From the NCBI GenBank assembly GCA_010015805.1, contig ML978123.1, forward strand, positions 2,294,001 to 2,358,000: 64,000 bases of DNA. Reading direction: 5' to 3'. The stretch is from Rhizodiscina lignyota. Lineage: Eukaryota. A program made the translations under genes and the position numbers. Positions 13,073-24,304 of the stretch are shown here, piece after piece. Under the pieces are notes generated by a model. The model saw only the letters and a list, made by a program, of their open reading frames with translations. It had not been told where the DNA came from and made no database searches. Numbering within the stretch: position 1 is the stretch's first letter; every line of letters starts with the position of its first letter.

Positions 13073-14385
13073 CTAAATAATGTTAAGACCAGGGTTGAAT
13101 GTAATTTCCGCCGCTTTCCTGTTCCTGATCTCCAAATCTCAATGTTAATGTTCCTTCGCACGCCGCACTGCACTCCTTCGTTCCTCTCGCACTTGCTGCT
13201 ACTGCCCGATGGCCGGGTTGCAAACCTGCTGGACATTAAAATCAAGATTCCTGCAATTCAGGAGTCTGAGATAACGTTTATATCTGAAAGGGGCTCTCCG
13301 GTCGCCATTCCACGCGCTTTGACAGTATCCGCATCATGGATGACGACAGCATATTCGGCGACCGGCCTAAAGGATCTCAACTACCGTTTTCGCACTCTAC
13401 GGACGACGGACACTACTGCCTGTACCCACTGACGATTGCGCTATAACTGCATTCTGAGTCAGGGCAGGCACGCGCATGAACCGTATGGCGGAAGCAACCT
13501 CGGAGTCGCATTCTCGATTTGATGCTTACAGCGTGCTAAAGCACCGTCGCATGTCGTAAGGCTGATATGTTTCAGAACGATTCTGGATGCGTTCGTCCGC
13601 TGTTACATGCATGCTGCCCGCTGCCGAATGCAAGCCTGGTATTATGTCCAGGGGTATGCATTATCTGGATGTGCGCGCCTCCATCGCCTCCATCGCGAAG
13701 AGGAACGTGAACTCGGAAGAAAGGAACAGATCTTCTTGCGCAAGCGAGACTTCACCGCGCCTTGCGCCCTCCAAAAAGCCCCTTGAGTCGCATCACGGAG
13801 AGACGGTCCGCTCTCCAATTCAGCCTACAACGGAACGCTTACTCACCGCTGATGTTCGAGAAGTCGAGGAACGGTCAGATTGTCCCGCACCTGATAGATG
13901 CAGGTCCCACGATGTCGATTGAAAATGTCAGTGCAGTCACACAGTCACAGACATGACGTGTGGGCGCAGGGCTGTGTGGTTTCAGTTCATGGCTACATGC
14001 ATTCGAGCGCGACGAGGAATCCCGCTTCATGGGTGATGGAGAATCTCAATGTGTACTCACAGTCATTCTCACTCGCATATGAACCTGACCAGAAGAGAAG
14101 AACACAGTACGCATTAGCATAATCCGGCGTAGCTTGGGGTTCACTTTGGCAAGACTTCCGCACCGCTTGAACGCAAAGCCGGAGAGTGGTTCGAGACGAC
14201 ATGGCTGATCGTCAAACTTTCCGAGGCCAAGCAAATACCAGCTCAAGCGAGAGTGACTCGGCGACTTTGCTAAGATACCGCGGCGACGATAATGGTGTAT
14301 CATATAGCGCTGTTTGGCTAATCAGTCCTCGTTCAAATTGCGCTCAAGACTTAGATATACAGGAAAAGTAAAACATCTATGGATT

Positions 14386-15782
14386 CTATAACTCATCATG
14401 ACTCTTTGGCGCCGGTCTCCCACTGTCTTTGTGCAGATCAACACCATGCTTTTTCCTCCACTTTTCCCACGTTGACCAAAACTCCTTTTCCATGCCCGTC
14501 TCCATTTGATCAGGTAGGACCACTACGTATTCCACGTGCAATGCACCAAACTCATCCTCATCGCCCTCTTGCTCTTCTCGATCCCATATCGGCATACCCT
14601 CTCCCTTCACAATCTCCACCATACCCGGCTGCACCACGTCTCCCCGATCCCTCCCTAATCTTACAACATGCCCGTCGAGATGCGTGACATTTCTCTCCCA
14701 ATCACCCATCCACGCCTCCCTCAAACTGAGCACCTCCCTCCAGAACAAGTCTCTGCCCCTCCTCCTGAAGAAGTTGCCATCCAACTTCAGCGCATCACCA
14801 CTCTCCATCTTCGGCTCCAGCTCCTGCAGCTGAACGATCAGATCCCCCGCAACCCAATCGGGGCTTTCGTCCGCCTCGTTCTCATATGTGATCCTCACGC
14901 CTTTCGGCATGCCCCTCTCAACGTGAAGCTGATGCGTCTCGGGCTCTCGAACCACCCTCGCCCCGCCACACACCGGACACGGGTGCTTGATCGTCTTGCC
15001 TTTGCCGCCGCACGCGTCGCACATGCTCTGCACCTGCTGGAAGATGCCCGGCGCAAGCATGTGTTTCTGCACCCTCATCCCCCGCCCACCGCACACATTA
15101 CACGTCTCCACGGCGCCATCCTTGCTGCCACTCCCCTCGCACGCAGAGCAGATCGCCTGCTTCTCAATCGTGAACTCGGTCTCGGCGCCGTTGTAGAAGT
15201 CTCTGAGCGGTATGCTGATCCGCACTTCCATGTTGTGTCCTCTCCTCTCACCGCCGCCGTGCCCAAAGTGTCCGCTGCCGCCGAAGAAGCGGCTGAACAG
15301 GTCGAACGGGTCGTGGTGCTGCCCGCCGCGCCCGCCGCCCTGCTGGTGCTGCTTCAGTCCATCGTGCCCGTATTGGTCGTAGATGCGGCGCGTCTCGGGG
15401 TCGATGAGAGCATCGTACGCTTCGGCGATTGAGACGAACTTTGCGTGCGCGGATTCGTCGTTCCTGTAGAGTGATAGCTGTCAGACTAATGGTACTGCTT
15501 CTTCCGATGAAGCTGTGTAATGAGCAATAATAGAAGCGTCAGGTTCGAACATACGGATTCTTATCGGGGTGGAATTTCTTGCTGAGGGTGCGGTATGCGC
15601 GCTTGATTTCGCGGTCTGAGGCGTCCTTCTCGATTCCGAGAAGCTGCAAGTCGAGCCCGCATTAGCTTTTTTCCCTTTCAACCTGGGTAGCGGGGGGATC
15701 CACGTGCCTTGTAGAAATCGTCGGCGCACAATGCGATCCATGGCAAGATGCCTAGGAGGAAGAGTGTGGGAAAGAGTAGCAT
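14386..15782 (-). CDS. SCJ1: ER-luminal type I Hsp40/DnaJ co-chaperone
   Basis: Signal peptide [20 protein letters not shown]-domain [34 protein letters not shown], four CxxCxGxG-type repeats, C-terminal HDEL. First intron 15644-15707 is GC-AG. Confidence 0.95.
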
Positions 15783-16763
15783 CGTGTGCGCCGCCCCTTT
15801 CGCAAGAGGATTTCGAAAGCCCAGGTGAAAGAAAATATGCGAGTTGAAGCTTTCCAAGATGACGCTACATGGGTGAAATAGTGTTCCACGTCGACGTTCG
15901 GTAGGTGACGCAGCCGCGGATGGGTTGAGTGTGCGGTTGAAATAATTTTGAGATTCCGAGCCAGACTTGACAAGTGTACGTAAATGTGTCCAGAGCTCCC
16001 CCTAGCTCGCGCCTGGGGTATTTGGAACCGATAGGGCTGAGCGGCGCCACATACCGAGCCTCATGAGCACTCCAGCGCCACAACACTTCTTCAACCCCGC
16101 AAACACCGCATGCATTTCAGCAGGTTTGACATCAAACTGGGCTTCCTCGTCGGATCCTTGCTGCATATGTACACTTCCACAACATGTCCGATTGTCCGTA
16201 GAGTTTTATGCACTCCCTTCGAAACTGCCGGCACTATTCGTCCGTAGACGTCAATTGTGCCCTCGGAAATGCCTTGACTTCTGCATGAGCGCAATGATAG
16301 ACTCCGGCCGATTTAGCCATGAGTTGAGTCCGCTCAGAGTCCTCCCGCTTGAGACTTGTCACGACACCTGGACTGGCTTCATGTCTACTCAGAGCATCCG
16401 TACCATTAACCCTTCACGGCTTCTGAACGGAGTGCTGGTGCCTGTCCTAGCGGCAGTCTAATGCCTTGCAAAATTGTTCAAGTGTGGAAGGCTGTCCTTT
16501 ACTGTTTCTATAAGTGGGCCAAGCTGCTGGTATGGTTTGTTGTACCTTATCAATAGAACAGATTTGGTACTACCGTCAGCTCTGAGCGAGACCCCCCACC
16601 CGCCATAACGGTAAATACATATCTTTTTTTTATGGAGCTTTGTAACCTGGAATATGCAATCTACTTTATCCTCATCCTTATGGAGCATAGATCTACCAAT
16701 TATCACCCTGAGATCGACGACGAGACGGAACCTTCACTGCCATCATTCCTAATCATTTGGAAT

Positions 16764-18438
16764 TCACCGGACCACAGGCTTCAAGTTCATCATCAACGGT
16801 GGCTTCTTCCACAGTGTGAAGACCCGCTGCTTGATCCAATTGTCTGACTCGGGCAAAAGCTCCCAGTCAAAGCTCCAAATGACCTTTGCGAGAATAAGAC
16901 GCATCTCCGCGTATGCGAGGCTGGGCATGGTCAGCTGGGTCATGTGCTGGGCAAAAAGACATGGCAGCTTACTTTTTGCCAATGCAATTTCTAGGCCCGT
17001 ACGAAAATGGCTGGGTTGCAACTCTGTTATCCGACGCGAATTCCTTGTTGCCCTCGAGCCAGCGCTCGGGAATCCACTCATCCGGCTGCTTGAAGTTGCG
17101 GACCGAGTGGTTGGTTGCGTATTGTGAGACATAGACTGATGTCTGCAATTGTGTCAGCTGCAATTCCTATTTTTCTCATAGGGGATACTGTGCAGTAGCT
17201 CAACACACATCTTCGGGAACCTCATAGCCTGAAATCCTATCACCACCGGCAGGCACCTTGCGTGGGAATCCGGTTGGTACAGGTGGGTAGAAGCGCAGTC
17301 CTTCTTGGAGCACTGCGATAAGATAAGGCATACTGTTCACTGCCTCTATCGTTATCTCGTCGAGAGAGTTGAACCTTGATCGAATCTCTCCTTGTAACCG
17401 CTTGAGTTTTTCTGGGTGCTTCAATAAGAAATATGTCGCGCCAGACAAGGTGGTCGCAGTCGTCTCGCTTCCAGCGTTGATAAGGATAAACATATCCGAA
17501 TGGAGTTCTGGTTGAGTGAGGCCAATGTCTTCGTTGCCTTGATGCTTTGTCGCATAGAACATAAAATCCGGCCTCGTTGTCTCCAGAGACATACGATCGT
17601 CGACTTTGTTCGAAGCAAACTGAAGCAATTCCCTCCGCTTTGCCTCCGGTACACCTAGTCCTAACAAGGTACTGACTCTCTTCAGTAACGGATAGATCCT
17701 CATGATGATGTTGTACCCGATCGACTGGACAGCTCCTTGGAATATCATGGCGATGAAGGGATGGTAGTCTCGGTTGTCCAGGCTGTGAAATGACTCTCCG
17801 AAAGCCAGGTCTCCCATAATGTCGAAGGTGATGAAATTATACCATTTCACCATATCGAGCGTCGCCTTTTTCTTGCCCTCACACTGCTCGTTGAGACGGA
17901 TGATCAATAGATTGACGTACTGCTGCAGAATCCCCTCTTGCTCTCGTAGAGCCTTGTCGGAGAAGGCATGCGCGAGAGTGCGTCGATGTTTGGCATGTCC
18001 ACGCACCGTAGGTTGCCCAATAATAGATGCTACGCCGTTCGGGGCGGGCTGGTAGAACAGTTTCGTATCTTTCAACCATTGGCCCTTGCTTGTCTTCGAA
18101 GGGTGGAGCCCGTAGATGTCCTCCCATGCTGTCTCGCCGCTAGTGAATGATAACTCGTTGGGTGCGACCCGAACGACTTCGCCGTATTTCTTGTGGGCTT
18201 CGTGGACCGTGGCATTGAGTGTTCCGTGATAGAGATGCCAGGCATATGGAATACGGGAAGCTGCCATAAACTTCGGACCTGGAAACTTGCTCAGAGGATG
18301 GAGATAGACATTGTAAAATGCTCTGCCAACATTATAGATGATGGGCTACTGCTCATTAGCTATGAAGGGAAGTTGATTTTGGAGGCTGATCCATACCAGT
18401 AAAATAGAAGCAATCCCAAGTACGATAAGACTATTCAT
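16764..18438 (-). CDS. Cytochrome P450 (resembles the CYP65 / trichothecene C-15 hydroxylase-like group), four exons
   Basis: N-terminal TM anchor MNSLIVLGIASILL, HPLSKFPGP, I-helix AGSETTAT, ExxR (EGLR), PERW, and heme motif [20 protein letters not shown] assembled across an intron. Confidence 0.93.
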
Positions 18439-19702
18439 CGTTTCAATGAGGAAGAAATACGGAGAAGCGAACTGAACTCGAAGGAAGCGGGGAAAGCTGG
18501 ATTTCCGATCTTGAAGTATTCTGCAAGACTAGGACTTCCTACTTTCACACATCGCTTTCAAGCCAATCAGAAATGTAGAGAGAGAGCGATCTGAATTAAA
18601 GGAAAGCGGAGAAGAGCCTTCCGGCCTTGAAGTAGATCGTGCTCCGCAAGACATAACTCCGCAGGACAGGGCTTCCTAATTTAACGCGAACCACGATGGG
18701 TTCGTGCTACACATGATAGTTAGGGATCTACCTTCAAGCAGGCTTAGACGCTTTGGCCTCGTCAAACTCGTCAGGTTCGGCCTAAAGACATCTCCCAGCT
18801 ACGATACCCAGAGGATTGATGTAGATGTTCCCGTGTCAGCGTCTTGGTAAGTCATGGGCGTTTGCGGGTATTTGCCTGCGTGAAGGGCACCATCCTGTCG
18901 CATTGGATGGAGATGATTGGTACAGTACGAGGGATTCACCGCTCCTCGTAGTCTTTGCAGTTTCTGTCGACAACTGCGGTACAACTGGGAGAGTGGAATC
19001 CGTCAAGTTCGAATAAGACGGCGGAAGTTCGAGGACATGCTGTGTGGCTGCTTAGGGCGAGCTGGGGTGGGGATCGTTAGTCAGAGTTGACGAAGCGTCC
19101 CACACACGAGGGCGTAGGTAAGGCGAATGGCAAGTTGCTATTGCCAGGGAGTCTCAACGCTGAATTTAATTGGTGAGTTCGCTATACATGTTTTCTCAAA
19201 AGGGAAAATTCATCAACCGCACCACATGCACGTATCACCAAGACTGCCCGACCTCCGTTTCTCTTTATAAAGCGTTATCTCCGCTCAAATCTCCGTTCGA
19301 TTTAGCGTTTAACGATACAATTCGTCCATAAAAGAGGCTGATAAGTTAAGCTGGGGTATGCGAAAAGGCTGACGGAGTTAATATGGTAGTGGAGCTCGAG
19401 GCACGCTATGTGCCAACATCTCCACTTGCATTGCATTGATACGAATCCATGTTATACGAATTTCGTTGTTACATACGTATCCATCAACGCCGCGATATCC
19501 TTTGAAAAAGGTGTGAACGGATCGATGAAGTCAGGAAGACACCTAACGCCCGTGGCATGAACTCGGAGCCCATACATTGTCATCCCAAATCGCATCCCTA
19601 CGATGGCACCTCGAAAGTTTCATAAAACTCTTTCCCCTAAAGCACAACCCGCAAGGCTATGCCATAGACTCTCCGAGCACCCAAGGGGACCCGCTGCAGC
19701 AA

Positions 19703-20259
19703 TCATTTGGCCTTGTTGACCGATTTAGAGGATGATCTATCAGAATGTAAGGATATGCATCTTAGGGGTGTTCCAGCTTGAAACGTACGAGGAACGCGAA
19801 TAAGATGGTCTCTGAGGTGGAGGCTGTGCTGAAGAGTTCCACACGCTCTGATAGTTTGGAAACGAGGAGAGGTTCCACGCTTTGACAAACACGCTAATCA
19901 ATAGCTCGTTAGCTTCATTAGTTCCAGAGACTGAGGGCGGTGTCGTCTCCCAACACCGGTGGAGCTCAGCGCAGTGCGCACCTTTGTGTCTTGTCTTCAT
20001 AGTGCTCAGAGCCTTTATCCTTCACGCCGACTCGCATGCCGTCCTTCGTGAATGCGATGTTCTTCTTCTCCATATGCTTTTTTCCGCGGTGCGCAAGGTC
20101 GTGGCTGAAGACGTACATCTGTGGAGCACATACGTCAGTGACATGATGGAGAGGCTCTCAGAAGCCGTGCAACTCTACCTGATACCCAACCCAAGCGAAG
20201 AGGCCGACAAATGCGAAGAGCAAGATGAGGGGCAGAAGCTTGCCCAGTGCGCCGGCCAT
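19703..20259 (-). CDS. Small single-pass membrane protein of unknown function, about 118 aa, four exons
   Basis: Exons 20259-20179, 20118-19982, 19893-19789, 19736-19703 splice in frame: MAGALGKLLPLILLFAFVGLFAWVGYQMYVFSHDLAHRGKKHMEKKNIAFTKDGMRVGVKDKGSEHYEDKTQSVFVKAWNLS... The last intron is less certain (alternative stop at 19740). Confidence 0.75.
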
Positions 20260-21412
20260 TGCGAGAGAGGTGTGATCGCGTGTATGGGAACTTTGAGAAG
20301 ATTTTGAAGCGTCTGATGGCTTCGACGAGTCAAGTCTGAGGTCGCGTGTATCTTGGGGATGCGCGTAGATATGCCGCCGAAAATGTGGAAGATGTGCCGT
20401 TCAAACGTGAAGCTGAACGTGGCAACGCGCTAGCGTCAGATTTGGGACAAAGGGGAAGGGGGGAGGGTGATCTACAAGCGAGGACTGGGTGCGCCGCATA
20501 GTGATCAGCACGCGCCAAGGTTGTGCGTTTTCACATGCACGCATTTCACATATGTTTGCTCACCTGAAAATGCCAAACATGGCCGCAATTTTGCAGGAAA
20601 TCGATTATCGCGAGTGTTTGTGCGGTTGCCCGCCTTCGATGACGTAGAACGAGGCACCCAAATGCCTCGTTAAATGACACTGTACCTATAACCACGGCAG
20701 AGCTCTGGTGTTCTGACTACAACCTCTGAAACATTGGTTTGACACTAAACGAAGCCGTGTGTAAGTCTCATTGCCCTGCTAGAGACCGTTCGCTTATTCG
20801 CGTGAAGACACATGGCTTGCGTCGAGACCGAGTCTCGATGGCAGGCCCGTTCTCAGCGACGCCCAGCATGGGCTCCGTTCTCCACATCTTAGGTCCCCTA
20901 TGGCCTGTGATTTGATCGAGGTTTGATACACTTGCGCTGCCCCTGCAGAGACCATGATATTCCCAGGTATCGGGGGGTATAATTCTGCTCAGGGCAGGAT
21001 GACAATTGCTTTTCCTATCACTATCCAGATCCAGGCAATTTGTGGCGAGACTGCATAGTATGACCACAAGGCGAAGAACGCTGATTGATAGATCCAATTA
21101 TAGCGCATTTAAGCAGCTGCCACGTTCTCATTTGCGTCGTGAAACGTCCAGGCACGGTTCACCGTTTCTACTGTTCAAACTTCACAAGGCTCTGCGGGAA
21201 GGGCCGGCGCGCTAAACACATTTGGAACACCAGCACCGCTCTTGGCATTGCATTACTCTATTGCTTGAACTTGCCGCCTAATTGTTGACTGTACTTTCAC
21301 CACCACAAACCACCTCACGTCACACCTTCGGAGCTTCTTGCAGGAAGTTGAGGGTTCGCCGTGCATACAACAGTCTATATCCTCTCGTGCTCTCTGACTG
21401 TGAAGCGACAAG

Positions 21413-21897
21413 ATGCTAATCAAGTAATTCACCCCACTATCACCCCGCCATCAAGTATATCCACTGACAGCTACGCAGAGTTCGCACGCTCACCGGCAAG
21501 GAGATTGAGCTCGATATTGAGCCTGACTACAAGGTCAGTACCGCCGAACCTTTCGATGCCCCTCACGGTGCTGCCCGAAGCTTGTCGAATCTCCCCTCGC
21601 AGCCTTCTCGAAGTCCAGCTTAAGCACCCGCTCACACGATCGCAGGTCTCTCGCATAAAGGAGCGCGTGGAGGAGAAGGAAGGCATCCCGCCTGTCCAGC
21701 AGCGGCTTATCTTTGGTGGCAAGCAAATGTGCGTATGGAGAATGCAAAGCAAGCTACGTGCATGCCAGTCACAAACCTGGGCTTGCTGACACAGAGATTT
21801 TGCATTCAGGAATGACGAGAAAACCGCCGAGGAGTACGGACTTGAGGGTGGCAACACCCTTCACTTGGTTTTGGCGCTCCGTGGCGGTTCGGCATGA
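21413..21897 (+). CDS. NEDD8: Ubiquitin-like protein NEDD8/Rub1 precursor, four exons
   Basis: Exons 21413-21423, 21479-21533, 21646-21728, 21810-21897 give [78 protein letters not shown]. Ala72 and LALRGG distinguish NEDD8 from ubiquitin. Confidence 0.97.
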
Positions 21898-22398
21898 AGT
21901 GTCTTCGATGGCCATATTCTAGGATGATGGAGCGCCAGAGCAATGGCAGCTTGAATCGTCAGAAGCGTACTTAAGGGAGAAATCGGCGCCTTGGGCCTGA
22001 AGGTACGGCTATTGAGAACACGATGCATACAGCGGCGTTGATGGGTCATGGGAGCGATGTCCGCAACGACATGATGATTTCTGAGGCAGTTGATCATTTC
22101 CTCAATCAGATCAAAGTAGCTCTTGGCACGCACTGCTCTGTTTCAACCTCCAACTCTCATCTTCCTTCTTCCAAATTTCATTCTACATCTACAAATCCTA
22201 CTTTACTTGATGTAGAGTGTCATCGTCTTGAGGAGTCATCGACAATGCTAGTAGAACGTTTTGGTTAGCCTGGCATTATGTTCAATCCTCGCCGAACGCG
22301 AAAAGGGTTAGGTTCAGTCGTTTGCAGCTCAGATCTTAATTTCCCTTTACATCTTACATTTTTGTGTCGCCTTTCTGACAATCCTTGAATGATTCTAT

Positions 22399-22435
22399 GC
22401 AGCGGATCGGACATCGCCGATGAGGGCTCCGCTGC
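22399..22435. promoter_or_regulatory. Candidate White Collar Complex element (clock-box / light-response-element-like) upstream of frq
   Basis: 22401-22409 reads CGATCCGCT on the minus strand; CGATG on the minus strand at 22412-16; CGAT-N7-CCGCT on the plus strand at 22418-33. About 1.9 kb upstream of the frq ATG. Confidence 0.5.
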
Positions 22436-22805
22436 TAATGATGAACTTTATTCTACGATTAATAAAACGTACTCGTCATGTTCGTTTCAAATTTAAAGTG
22501 CTGTATCTACTTGGTCTTGTTAACTCCCTATCTAGTTGATGCGCAATTGCATAGTGGCAGACAACTAGTTAGGGACGTCGTAGGTGAAGGCCCCTTTGCG
22601 AAGTCACTCATCAAGGCGATGCGGCGACCATGCCTCAAATTATAGCGGTCTGATCAGGTTCATTTCAGGCTTTTGAAACCTTGCGTTTACTTTTTTTTAC
22701 GTCCTCCGTTCCAGGCGGGGTCGCAACCACACTTGGCAGCTGACCAGTTAACGTGTCGTTGGTGCTGACTCCATTGCGAATTACGCCTTTGATTCTGCGA
22801 TTGTA

Positions 22806-23102
22806 CAGCGCGTGTCAACTCCGGCTTCCGCGCGTTTTTCGTTTTTCGTTTTTCGAATCTCGATCTCAATATCTGCTCCGGTTTTTGAGGGGGACAGAGT
22901 TAGATACACAGGAGGTTTACTGAAACAGGCCTAGCTGCGTAAATCTGCCAGTGAGCCTTCGAGGTTATCCAATCAGGTGGGTTTAAAGCGAAGCTCTAAC
23001 GTAGATATAATAATCCAGTTTTCGGTTTAAAGAAGGGCCAGACGCTGAGATTCGAGAATCGAAAATTCAAAAATTCGCGGAAGCCGGAGTTGACACGCGG
23101 TG
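22806..23102. mobile_element. Non-autonomous Tc1/mariner-type MITE, 297 bp
   Basis: 56-bp terminal inverted repeats (22806-22861 and 23047-23102; 48/56 identical, perfect 24-bp core CGCGTGTCAACTCCGGCTTCCGCG), left end CAG, TA on both flanks (22804-05 and 23103-04), no coding capacity. Confidence 0.85.
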
Positions 23103-24304
23103 TACCTGAAGCAGTCTCATCTGTGATTTCAGTCTTCGATACAGTAAGGGTCTCCATAGTGGGCAATACTGGCGACTGATAATTCGTAGCGGCTTGTTCG
23201 AGATTCTCTGACAAGCTAGCCACGCGCCCATCGGAGGAAACTCCTCCAGCGTATTATTGAGAGGTCGCTGCGGCGGTCCGCAGCAGTTTCTTGCCGCATC
23301 CAATGTCCTTGCGTAGCCAGCCCATGTCGCAAGTTCGATCGTCGATGAAGGAGACCCTTTCCTTCTCACCCAAAAGTCACCCCATATTGCAAGGTCACAG
23401 GTCATATGGCGCTTGCGGCTCACCGGCAGTTCTGTTCACAAAAAAGACCGTGCTGAGAATGGCCCAACGAATGAGCAGATCAGTCTGCGCATTCAGCAGA
23501 ACCCTTTTTGACTGTTTGCGTTTAGATTGTTTAATCGTGTGGAAAACAATCTCGATGAGCATGTCGAGTAGGCTCCTTGGGCGGAGGATTACGAGGGCGA
23601 GAAATGGCTGAATCCAGGGTCGGTAGAGGGAGTGTAACATGTTGGCGGCGGCGATCGCAGGTTGGTGTCAGAATCTGGCGATTTTGCTCGATGAGGTTTG
23701 TTCTGGGCGCGTCTCTGCCAGGGATCTCGACCCTCCAGACCGCTGTAATATACCGGGTGCGGCCGGGCCTTTAGCCAAAGGAGGCTATCGCATACGGAGC
23801 AGGGCTGAGTTCCTGGATGGAAGGGGCGTAGCGCGGTATTGTATTCGACCCTGCATTTCAATGCACCTCTTTGGCTGATCGTTGGAATCCTTGCAGGGCC
23901 TCACGATCGCAGCACCTCGATGGCATCGCGACGCCAGCGAGCGTTCCCCGCGAGGAGAAGGGAATCAAATTCAGCCATGGCCCCATTACCGAATCACACC
24001 ACCCCGACACAACCACTTCTATCGAACAAACGCGCTTTCCACCCTCAAAACCATCCGAGAAAACGCAGAAAGCCTCGAAAGCCTCATCGATCGTCATCGA
24101 GCGCCCCGATCCTCAGCACCCACGGCACAGTCTTTGCTCGCTCCGGACCAAGTTTTGCGCCTGCGGAGCACACTGCAAATACCTCCACGTTAACTGCGTC
24201 ACCCGAACAGCTGACAACTGCGCACAACTCCCACACTTACAACGACAACGCTATACATGGCACTGGCAGACGCTACATCTTTATAAACCTCGAAATACAC
24301 AACC

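Noticed and set aside
13100..14370. Possible gene or pseudogene between the repeat relic and scj1
   Set aside because: Only short ORFs with no recognisable motif or coherent splice model; cannot be supported without a homology search.
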